From Octopus sinensis (taxonomy: Eukaryota): a stretch of DNA of 64,000 nt. Positions within the stretch are counted from its first letter, which is position 1; each line of letters starts with the position of its first letter. Positions 40,321 to 50,950 of this stretch are shown piece after piece. The position numbers and the translations under genes were made by a program. The stretch is taken from assembly GCF_006345805.1 (NCBI RefSeq), contig NC_043021.1, positions 10,726,001-10,790,000 of the forward strand. The letters are read 5' to 3'. The notes below the pieces were generated by a model. The model did no database searches. It worked only from the letters and a program-made list of their open reading frames with translations, and had not been told where the DNA came from.

Positions 40321-41770
40321 TTAGAATATCCGTAACTAGATAGATAGATATAACTTGATTTCTACTAGTATAGCACTGCTTTAAGTAGATAACTAAGAGT
40401 TCTCACACTACAGTTATCTTTTTCCTTATATCTGCATCAGTTTTTTGAGAACAGGGAAATGAATAGTACTTATACGCTGCTTAATTGAGGCTTTATTTAA
40501 TTTCAAACTCATAATTTTTAAATTCTTAATTTTAAATCTTAATTGTAATTTTTAATTTTAATTCCTAACTTAATCTAATTTAAGTAGCATAACTCTAATA
40601 AAATAAATGAGATACTATAGCCCCATAATTCTATTTCAAAATTAAATAAATAAGGCTACCCCCTCGGTGATAATATGATTATCTTCATTATGATAGACAA
40701 TCCCCTAACACCTTGTAAATGATCTTCTAAGATTTGACCTGTAGTCCGTCAATGTATGAATAATAACGGCAACTCCTTAAGACAATAAAATGAATAAATT
40801 AAATAAGTAAGTTTTATGACTTTTTGATAAGATTATACTTAGATTTTCCTAATGTATTTTCTTTTGATTTTAGCATCTGACCCCTAAACCCCTGACTGTG
40901 TTATCTCTTTAGATTCTCTTTAAATTCATAGCTGATTTCAACAGCAATAAATTACTGTTTTACTGGCCAAAGAATAATATTCTCCTCTAGTTCCTAGATG
41001 CCTGTAAATTAAAACCAGACTTGCCGTCTACTAATTCGTCTGTATAACTAGAACCCTCTTTTTTATTTTTATTTTTTTCCCTTCTTTCCCATTTCTTTCT
41101 CTTTTCTCTTTTTTCTGTTTCTTCTTATTCTCTTTTTCCTTTTCTCTTCTCTTTTAGTCCCCTTTCCCCCCCCCTTTTTTGCTCCCTCCTCCTTTATTTT
41201 CTCTCTTTTCTTCTATTCCCTTCCCTTTCTATTCTTGGCCTCTCTAGAAAGCCCTTCAGCCTTTAAAAGTTAAATAGCTACAGCCTCTTGTAAATAGCAG
41301 TAATGTGATTAATGTAGTAAATACCTAATCATATAACAAGTTTTGATACCTACCTCATTGTGTTCAACCATTGATAAATTTATCGCCTGTGAATATGAAA
41401 TTCCTCTTCATTTCTCTGGAAACTTACATCTACACCATTGGAAATTGTGCATCTATACAAAGGATTAATTCACCCTCTCTGTAATGCTAATAAGCAGGAA
41501 TTGAGACCCACCTCGTTGTGATTAACAATGGATAAATTTGTCTTCTGTGAGTATGTAATCCCTCATCATATCTCTGGAAATTCATATGTGCTCTAGATTA
41601 GGTCACCTCTCTGTGATGCTATTAGAACTTTTTTAAAATTCTGTGATAGGACTGTACATCATCTTAAAGAACTTTAATGAACTTTGGAAATCTGTTTATG
41701 TTACTTAATTATCTACATTACTTCATGAGTATAGCCTCAACCACTAGGATGTCTAGAGAACTCACATGTA

Positions 41771-41859
41771 TTTTAGCTGATGAGTACGGGACACGTTTAT
41801 ATGCTGTAATTTACAACTTTTAATAAAGCCTGTCCTTGTATGAAACGATTGTACTAAAA
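41771..41859 (+). ncRNA. Type I hammerhead ribozyme in the 3' pseudo-LTR of the PLE
   Basis: Stem I ttttag (41771-76) / ctaaaa (41854-59); CUGAUGA 41777-83; stem II gtacgggaca / tgtccttgtat; GAAA 41842-45; stem III AC-gatt-GU; cleavage triplet GUA 41851-53. Confidence 0.82.
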
Positions 41860-42050
41860 ACCTATCCATCTTGTTGCTTCTTTCTCGCTTATAATCACCC
41901 CACATTACTGTATTGTTAAAACAGTATAGTTTTCTTTTGGTGCATCTAAGTTAGGTACCATATTCAAGTAAATTCATTTAAATTAACTTGAATCTTTATT
42001 GCTTTTTGTATATATATATATATATATATATATACATACATGCACGTGTG

Positions 42051-42087
<37 letters not shown>

Positions 42088-42579
42088 TTGTCTTTGTTTG
42101 TGAATGTCCCCCCATCACCACTTGACAATTGATGCTGGTGCATTTATGTCCCCTGTAACTTAGCGGTTCAGTGTAAGAGACTGAGAGAATAAAAAAATCA
42201 GTCCTGGGGTTGATTGTTAAAACTAAAGCCCTTTGAGGCAGAGCTCCAGCATGGTCACAGTCAAAAGACTGAAACAAGTAAAAGAATAAAGGAATAAAAG
42301 AAGAAAAAAGAAGGAAGAGAGGTAAAGGCCTTGATTTGAATAGGATGGTTCTTGTGGCCAATCCTATTTGAATAGCACAGTAGCTAGACTGGCTGGTGTT
42401 ATTTGCTATTGTAGAATGGTAATTAGAAGTCAAGAAAGGGGATTAGGACTTAAGTAGCTAACACTTCAGTGTATAATTGATGTGTAAACTTGATAACGAA
42501 ACACTAACAACAAAGCTCCAGGTACTGCAGCTTGCTAATCTGGGCGTAAGAAGAGACACTGTATGGCCTTGGGAAAGCA

Positions 42580-42853
42580 TCGGTTATTGCCATCTCCGAC
42601 TATTATTTGTACTTGTGGTCATGTGTTGCGTATGGATGAGGACTGCTGTATGAAAATGTGTCACACCTTAGCATTTGTACTTGTGGTCATGTGTTGCGTA
42701 TGGATGAGGACTGCTGTATGAAAATGTGTCACACCTTAGCAGTAGAGGGAACCTGTGGAAGAGGTAGACCCAGGAAGACCTCCTGGGATGAGGTGTTGAA
42801 GCATGACCTTCGAACGTTGGGCCTCTCCGAGGTGACGACAAGTGACCGAGACC
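42580..42853 (+). mobile_element. RTE LINE 3' fragment with an internal 68-bp tandem duplication
   Basis: GHVLRMDEDCCMKMCHTLAVEGTCGRGRPRKTSWDEVLKHDLRTLGLSEVTTSDRD. 42605-42672 is repeated exactly at 42673-42740. Confidence 0.8.
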
Positions 42854-43267
42854 GATATCTAAAATTTACTCCCTTTTTACCCTATAAAGATAGATTGGTG
42901 CTGGACTCACCAGGATAACCACCTGAAGCAAGAGACAGCTTCAGACACTCACACATGATATATCACAGCTAGGCCTCAACAAGACACAGCATGGTTCTCT
43001 CCTCCCAGCTGAGCACTGGATTATCTGCATTTTTCTTATAAGGTGCAGGTGTGGCTGTGTGGTAAGAAGATTGCTCCTAACCATATGGCTCTAGGTTCAG
43101 TCCCACTGCATGACACCTTCGGCAAGTGTCTTCTATTATAGCCTCAGGCCAACCAAAGCCTTGTGAGTGGATTTGGTAGATAGGAAATGAAAGAAGCCCA
43201 TTGTAGATACATGTATGTTTATGTGTGTGTGTGTGTGTCTTTGTGTTTGTAGACTGTTCTCTATTAA

Positions 43268-43488
43268 CCCTTTAGTGTTCGCATTATTCTGCCTAAATTA
43301 ATCCTTTTTCATCCACATTGTTTTGAACTAATCATGCATTATCTTGTAGCTATAAGATTTTGATGAGGTAGCTGTTAATTTTTAAGATGATATTGTAGGG
43401 CTGGTGTGAGAGACCAGATCTGGCCAGTTTGAACATAAAACAGGCAGAATACTTTTGACCGGATATGGCCGGTTTAAATGCTAAAGGG
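43268..43488. mobile_element. TTAA-flanked MITE (piggyBac-type)
   Basis: TTAA at 43264-67 and 43489-92. TIRs ccctttag / ctaaaggg. Confidence 0.75.
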
Positions 43489-43746
43489 TTAAACCATATC
43501 CTTCTATCTTTCTGTTTCATATCACTTTGCTACAATACCGGGAAACCACTGGATACCTAAGTGATGTATATAATAGTAATGATATGGTGCAGGCAGGGCG
43601 GCAGTTGAGTATTAACTGAATAGATAAAGTCTGATAGTGACTATAAGGCCTTGAAGGGATGTGGAACAGACATATTTCTGACCACAGATCTGCTGGAATA
43701 AAGTATGATCAACAGTTAAATTACAATAAGTGCAACAACTTCTTAC

Positions 43747-44189
43747 CTGTGATTCATTAGTCATTACTTCATAATCTTGTTTACCTTCATTAGTCATCTC
43801 TTCATATTGTTGTTGATCTCCGTCGGTCATCACCTCATAGTCTTGTTTACTTCCATTAGTCATCTCTTCACATTGTTGTTTACCTCCGTTAGTCATCACC
43901 TCATATTCTTGTTTACCTCCATTAGTCATCGCTTCATATTGTTGTTTATCTTCGTTAGCCATCTCTTCACATTGTTGTTCACTTTCATTAGCCATCACCT
44001 CATAATCTTGTTTATCTATGTTAGTCGTCTCTTGTTGTTTACCTCTGTCAGTCATCACCTCATATCGTTGTTTAACTTGAACGCTTTTAACGACAGGACT
44101 GCGTGGTGGTTGTGGTAACTTTTCCAACTCCATCTCATCATATGTCCAACTCGATTCGCTTCCGCAAATAAATGATTCGTAATTGTCAT
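43747..44189 (-). CDS. EGF-repeat receptor, cytoplasmic exon with tandem YxxM repeats
   Basis: tcaacag|...CAG|gtaaga, 443 nt, phase 1 to 0, open throughout. DDNYESF...WTYDEMELEKLPQPPRSP...then ten 11-aa repeats of type KQDYEVMTNES. Confidence 0.85.
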
Positions 44190-44513
44190 CTGTTGAATTA
44201 CAGAAATAAACAAACACAAGTAAAGTACTGCACTATATCAGATGTAGTCAAAAAGCATCAGGCCTTTGACCAAAAAACAGGTAATATTAAAAAACTCACC
44301 ATTTTGATTTAGTCTTGTTCAAAGTATTCACCTTAGGAGTCCACACACTTCTTATTTATTTCTTTATTGCCCACAAGGGGCTAAACAAGGACAGACAAAG
44401 GGATTAAGTTGATTACATTGATCTCAATGCATAACTGGTACTTAATTTAACTGCCTTGCCAAAGAACAAGTTGTAACTATGCAGCAGTTTATTATATACG
44501 GAGTATATATAGT

Positions 44514-44900
44514 GAGTGGAGGCGCAATGGCCCAGTGGTTAGGGCAGCAGACTCGCGGTCATAGGATCGCAGTTTCGATTCCCAGACCGGGCGTTGTGAG
44601 TGTTTATTGAGCGAAAACACCTAAAAAAGCTCCACGACGCTCCGGCAGGGGATGGTGGTGATCCCTGCTGTACTCTTTCACCACAACTTTCTCTCGCTCT
44701 TACTTCCTGTTTCTGTTGTACCTGTATTTCAAAGGGCCGGCCTTGTCACTCTCTGTGTCACGCTGAATATCCCCGAGAACTACGTTAAGGGTACACGTGT
44801 CTGTGGAGTGCTCAGCCACTTGCACGTTAATATCACGAGCAAGCTGTTCCGTTGATCGTATCAGCCAGGACCCTCATCGTCGCAACCGACGGAGTGCTCC
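44514..44900 (+). mobile_element. tRNA-derived SINE, family C; left member of an inverted pair
   Basis: Head ggcgcaatggcccagtggttagggcagc...gtttcgattccc. Near reverse complement of 45238-45620. Confidence 0.88.
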
Positions 44901-45237
44901 TATACTATATATAGTGAATCTTTCAATGCTATGGCTCAGTGGTTAAAGTATTGAGCTTACGATCATGAGGTTGTGAGTTTGATTCCTAGACTGGGCTGTG
45001 TGTTGTGTTCTTGAGCAAGACTCTTTATTTCATGTTGCTCCAGTTCCCTCAGCTGTCGAAATGAGTTGCATCATCACTGGTGCCAAGCTGTATCGGCCCC
45101 TTTGCTTTCTCTTGGATAACATCATTGGTGTGGCGAGGGGAAGCTGGTATGCATGGACGACTGCTGGTCTTCCATAAAAACCAGCCCTGAGTTGTGCATT
45201 CGTCAATGAGGCAACTTTCTGTCCAGACTTGTATGGA

Positions 45238-45620
45238 AGCACTCCGTCTGTTATGACAACGAGGGTTTCGGTTGATCCGAATCAACGGAACAGCCTGCTC
45301 GTGAAATTAACGTGTAAGTGGCTGAGCACTCCACAGACACGTGTACCCTTAACGTAGTTCTCGGGGATATTCAGCGTGACACAGAGAGTGACAAGGCCAG
45401 CCCTTTGAAATACAGGTACAACAGAAACAGGAAGTAAGATTGAGAGAAAGTTGTGGTGAAAGAGTACAGCAGGGATCACCACCATCCCCTGCCGGAGCCT
45501 CGAGGAGCTTTAGGTGTTTTCGCTCAATAAACACTCACAACGCCCGGTCTGGGTATCGAAACCGCGATCCTATGACTGCGAGTCTGCTGCCCTAACCACT
45601 GGGCCATTGCGCCTCCACTC
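45238..45620 (-). mobile_element. tRNA-derived SINE, family C; right member of the inverted pair
   Basis: Full-length inverted copy of 44514-44900 with scattered substitutions. Confidence 0.88.
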
Positions 45621-46372
45621 CAGACTTGTACCCCGGAGGAGAACCTCTTCGGTGAACCTATGGTCATTCGTGACCGATGGAATCGAGTTAGTATATATGT
45701 ATTGTTATATATATTTCATCGTTTACTTGTTTAGTCTTTTGACTGCGGTCATGGTGGGGCCTTGGAGGATTTTAGTCAAACGAAGCGATCTCAGGACTCA
45801 TTTTTTTCTTAAAGCTGGTACTTATTCTATCAGTCTCTTTTGCTGAACTGCTAAACTATAGGGACATAAACACACCAACACCAGTTGTCAAGTAGTGGTA
45901 GGGGAGAGACACAAGCAAAAACACACGCACACACAGAGCAAGCTTCTTTCAGTTTCTGCCCACTAAATCCACTCACAAGGATTTGGTTGGCTTGTGGCTA
46001 TAGTAAAAGACACCAGCCCAAGGTATCACGCAGTGGGACTGAACCTGGAACCATGACGTTGAGAAGCAAACTTTTTTATCACTTTATAGTGTTTTGTTAT
46101 GTGTGTGATACCCTGGTCTGTGAAAAACAACTGCCTTGCTCAAAACTGGTCCATGGGGCAAAAAAAGGTCGGGGCCCTGCTGCTATACACCACCACAACC
46201 ACACTAACATCACAATCATCATCAAAGGCATCATTGCAGCTCCCCACCCCATCCTCTGGCCATAATCTGATATTCAACCTTTGACATGACCCAGTTTACC
46301 TGCCATTATGATCTTAACATCAAGCAATTTAGTAGTTGTAATGAACGGAAACTCTAACACTGTGCTACATAC

Positions 46373-46488
46373 CTGTATCTGTGGTGACTCTAATAACAGG
46401 GGGTGCTGGTACTGTAGGAGGTAAAGGCAGGTCCAATGGGAGAGGAAACATCTTTTCCATGTTGAAAGTTCTTTTGGCCGCAGAGATC
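46373..46488 (-). CDS. EGF-repeat receptor, Pro-rich juxtamembrane cytoplasmic exon
   Basis: ttctacag|...|gtatgt, 116 nt, phase 2 to 1, which bridges the TM exon and the YxxM exon exactly. ISAAKRTFNMEKMFPLPLDLPLPPTVPAPPVIRVTTDT. Confidence 0.8.
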
Positions 46489-47840
46489 CTGTAGAATTGG
46501 AATAAAGATACAATTATTTAGAATTTCTAAATGGTTTGCTTGGTTGTTCAGCCTTACAACAATAACACAAAAATGGCACCAACAAGAGAGCTTCTTGTAC
46601 ACAATTGCTTGGCCAGTTAGAAATAGGGGCCAAATCTTCTTCAAGCAACACCATACCATTTTAAGAAATACTATTATTGAAAAGGATCTTGAGTATGGCT
46701 TTAAACTGCATCAGGGAGTGGGAGCCTGGTTTGGGAGTTACAGGATTTTGATGGGTACTGAACCACCCCTTAACCACTATTGTTCCCAGGTCTGATCAGA
46801 CCCAGAGTAAGAAGCACCTGTTAAGGGCTCAGCTATGGATTAAGTAGCATGTTGTGGAAGATACTGCAAGCACAAACCCTCACTGTGTTTGTGAGTACCT
46901 TGGGAAAGGAAAAGGCCTGGTGAATCAACCTTAACTTCAAATTAAGGAGTCCCTCATGCAGTCTGGTGCCCTCTTTAGCACCCTTCCAGCAACTCTAGAG
47001 TGGGTTGAGCTCTCCTGGAAATTCCCCTAGGAGGAGACCTCACCAGTGTAAAACCTACAGCTTACCAGTTTCCATAGCTTGAAGCTGTCTTAGCTCACTG
47101 AGCTGCTATGGTTAGACCCCCCCCCCCAAATCTACAGACTGAGATCAGATTGCATGGACTGAATCTCACTTCAAAACTACCAAGTGCAACACATGTATGA
47201 CTTTGAACTGTATCCAGCAGTGGGGCCCTAGTTCATGAGCCCCAGGGCTTTGAGAAGTGTGGAACCACCTCTTATCTACTATTGTTATCAGAGTCTGAGC
47301 CATAGGTCATTATATCATGGAAGAAACTTCATGCAAAAGCCCTCAGTGCCTTGTGAGTGCCTTAGGAAAAGAAAAGTCTGGTGATATCAACCATCACTGC
47401 AATTCAAGGAGCGGAACTCCTCAGGTTGTCCAATGCCCTCTTTAGAGAGCTCTACCTATACTGGCTACTCCACAACAGTAGTTACTATCAAAGCATATAT
47501 ATATATGAGGCAGCTCTTGTGATGTTACTCAACTAGTCAGAAATAGCAACTAAGTTTCTCACAAATCACTCCCAGGTATTTTCATCATCATCATCATTTA
47601 ATGTCAGTTTTCCATGCTAGCATGGGTTGGACGGTTCGACCGGGGTCTGGGAAGCCAAGAGGCTGCACCAGGCTCCAGTCTGATCTGGCAGTGTTTCTAC
47701 AGCTGGATGCCCTTCCTAACGCCAACCACTGTATGAGTGTTTTTTATGTGCCACTGGCACAGGTGCCAAAGGCAAAAAATACATTAGGCAATGTAATCAT
47801 AGATGACCTGAAAAAGAGGGGATGGCCATATCTAGAATAC

Positions 47841-48134
47841 CAACCTACACAAAGGACCATAACCTACTCATATAAAAGACCAAAATCTACCCACACAAAA
47901 GACCAACACCTACCCAGAGAAAGGACCAAAACCTACCTGCACAAAGGACCAACATGTACCTAGAGAAAGGACCACAACCTACCCACTCAAAGGACCAATA
48001 CCTACCCATACAAAGGACTAACACCTATCCACATAAAGAGTCAAAACCTACCCACACAAAGGACCAAAATCTACACATAGTAAAAAAACCAATACTGACC
48101 ATGCAAAGGACCAACACCTACCCACACAAAGAAC
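47841..48134. repeat. 23-bp minisatellite, about 12 units
   Basis: Consensus caacacctacccacacaaaggac. Confidence 0.88.
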
Positions 48135-48172
48135 TAAAGAACACCTCATTACCTCATGGTGTTTATACTTAC

Positions 48173-48254
48173 TTGCAGCAAACTATAATTGTTATAACAA
48201 TGACCAACAGAATGAAAAAGGCCACAACAGGAACACCAACCAGCAACAATAAAT
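48173..48254 (-). CDS. EGF-repeat receptor, transmembrane exon
   Basis: Long pyrimidine tract ttttcttcttctccag|...|gtaagt, 82 nt, phase 1 to 2. (N)LLLLVGVPVVAFFILLVIVITIIVCC(K). Not in the ORF track. Confidence 0.88.
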
Positions 48255-48490
48255 CTGGAGAAGAAGAAAAAAAGATACAGAAAAACATACATCATCATCA
48301 TTACTGAAAGCCTGTGTTCCACACTGGCATGGGTTAGATGAGTTGACAGAGTCTGATGGGTTCAGTGTCTGCTTTGGAATGGTTTCTACAGCTGGATGCC
48401 CTTCCTAATACCAACCACTTCAAAGTGTGTACTGAGTGTTTTTTATTGTGCAGCCAGCTCTGTTCAGGTCATCATGGCAGAGTTCACATA

Positions 48491-49250
48491 CATGGGTGAC
48501 TGCTGGTCTTCCATAAACCACCTTGCCAGGACTTGTGTCTCAGAGGGTAACTTTCCAGGTGCAATCCCATGGTCATTTATGACCAAAGGGGGTCTTTACC
48601 CTATGTACATATAATGGTGTGGAAAAAGGAGGCTGGTAATGCATGGGTGACTACTGGATTTTCATAAACCACCTTGCCAGGACTTGTGTCTCAGAGGGTA
48701 ACTTTCCAGGTGCAATCCCATGGTCATTTATGACCAAAGGGGGTCTTTACCCTATGTACATATAATGGTGTGGGAAAAGGAGGTTGGTAATGCATGGGTA
48801 ACTACTGGTTTTTCATAAACAACCTTGCCAGGACTTGTGTCTCAGAGGGTAACCTTCTAGGTGTAATCCCATGGTCAACCGTTCAAGAATTTAGACCTGG
48901 AAATCTCCATTTCCAGTGACTTCAAGGGCCACCTCCCAGTGGTGTCGGGCGTCAACGAAGAGCCCTCGACTACAACAAGACCAAAGTTTTTTTTTTCCAA
49001 GGTCTGGGGTCTCCCGCCCCTAAGCCCTAGACCTTCACCTAATCACCCTTACCCGTCTTGTTGCTTAACAACAACAACAACAATCCCTTGGTCCTTATAA
49101 CCAAAGGGGGTCTTACTTTTTACCCTGGGGAGGCTGGTATGTATGGGCAACTACTGGTCTTCAATAAACAACCTCGCCCAGACTTGGGTCTCGGAGGGGA
49201 ACTTTCTAAGTGCAATCCCATGGCCATTCATGACCGAAGGGGGCCTTTAC
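48491..49250. repeat. 151-bp tandem repeat interrupted by a 205-bp retroposed insert
   Basis: Units start at 48491, 48642 and 48793. The insert 48877-49081 ends in (AAC)n and is flanked by aatcccatggtc / aatcccttggtc. Confidence 0.8.
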
Positions 49251-50812
49251 ATTTAACAGAATAATCTGAATGCTAAAAGGTTAAACAGTGAAAAAATTAA
49301 GGAAATGAAAAATGTTAAGTCCTTACTAGGTTTCTCTTCTTGGCAGTTATCTCCTCGGTAACCATGTTCACATCCGTTTTCACAGGTTCCATTCTTATAA
49401 TCACAGACTACACCATCGAGACAATGGCATTTCAGGGAACACTGGGAACCAAATTTTCCATCTGGACATTCTGTATAAGAAACAACAATTCTTTGGAGTG
49501 AAACAACCGTTGGATATTTTTTTTTTTTTTTTTACTAGTTTCAGTCATATGACAGTGCCCATGCTGGGGCACCACCTTGAAATTTTAGTTGAATGTATTG
49601 ACCCCCAGAACTTATTTTTTACTTTTAAAGCCTGGTACTTACTCTATTGGTCTCTTTTGCTGAACCACTAGGTTAAAGGGATGTAAACACACCAGTACCA
49701 GTTGTTGGGGATAAACAAAGACACACTACCAAATCCATTCACAAGGCTTTGGTCAACCTGGAGCTATAGTAGAAGACACTTGCCCAAGGTGCCACACAGT
49801 GAGACTGAACCCAGAACCATGTGGTTGGAAAGCAAGCTTCTTACCACACAGCTGTGTTGTGGAAGAATCAACCATATGTTATTGTAAGAATCTGCTAGCA
49901 GTGAGTTGGACTGTACTGCACAACTACAGTACCTACACACATCAAGGTGGACTGTGCCATCCACTTGCTTTCACAGGTAGTAAGGATGTTTCATCTACCT
50001 ATAGTACATATCTGCTAGTAGATAAATTATACCATGTGCTGATCCACAGCCGCTCACACATCAAGGTGAACTGCCTTTTCCCCAGTCACAGTTAGTTATC
50101 CTAGTGTGCCTAGGATATACCACCACACTAATATGACAGAATAGTGTCATCTAGCAAGGATATCATGCAGCAATGACATGTACTGAAAATACAACACAGT
50201 CATGATATCTAGGTCTACTGAGGAAAATATATAGTTCATAGATGAGATCAAGATATTCTCCATATAGAATACACTTGGTTTAAATCAAGAGATTTAAATT
50301 TGAGTAGATATAGAAATAAATGTAGGGAAAAGCGATTTAGACAGATCAATATATAAAGTATATTAAAAACTGTATATATATGTATACTCTTTTACTCGTT
50401 TCAATCATTTGACTGCGGCCATGCTGGAGCACCACCTTAGGTCGAGCAAATCGATCCCAGGACTTATTCTTTGTAAGCCTAGTACTTATTCTATCAGTCT
50501 CTTAACCGCTAGTTACGGGGATGTAAACACACCAGCATCGGTTGTCAAGCGATGTAGGTGGGGGAAAACACAAAGACACACAAACATACATATATATACA
50601 TATATACAAGGGGCTTCTTTTCAGTTTCTGTCTACCAAATCCACTCACAAGGCTTTGGTCGGCCCGAGGCTATAGTAGAAGACACTTGCCCACGGTGCCA
50701 TGCAGTATATGCACAAAATACAAATGATATAAAGAATTACAGGTGTTGAAGTATTACAAAAGGATTACTACAGGAGGAAAATGTGATGATGATAAAGAGT
50801 AATGTGACTTAC

Positions 50813-50950
50813 TTTTCTGACAGTCAGGGCCTTCAAACCCAGTATCACACATGGTTTGTGGACAATGGCCATCGATGAAATGACAGCTGTCACCTTCCAG
50901 GCAATGACATATCTGCTGACATAACTTACCAAATGTACCAGGAAGACAAG
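50813..50950 (-). CDS. EGF-repeat receptor, module exon 7 (membrane-proximal)
   Basis: tcttag|...|gtaagt, 138 nt, phase 1-1. CLPGTFGKLCQQICHCLEGDSCHFIDGHCPQTMCDTGFEGPDCQK. Confidence 0.9.

Larger units (their letters stand above)
37587..41893 (+). mobile_element. Penelope-like retroelement (PLE), 5'-truncated and degraded, bracketed by inverted pseudo-LTRs
   Basis: RT and GIY-YIG motifs on +. 37587-37757 is the reverse complement of 41723-41893 with few differences. The left end abuts a (TA)n run. Confidence 0.9.

Noticed and set aside
43612-43746. Read-through C-terminus VRSCCTYC...LFS* of the 201-aa ORF
   Set aside because: It begins exactly at a good donor (CAG|GTAAGA) after the last repeat, so it is treated as intron. 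Intron retention cannot be excluded.
44514-44600. tRNA genes at SINE heads (also 26091, 57436 and others)
   Set aside because: A/B boxes are present, but there is no complete cloverleaf or acceptor stem and each continues into a repeated SINE body.
46140-46270. Hydrophobic stretch on - (MMPLMMIVMLVWLWW) as the receptor TM exon
   Set aside because: Poor acceptor and no suitable donor. 48173-48254 gives a canonical TM helix with strong sites and matching phases.
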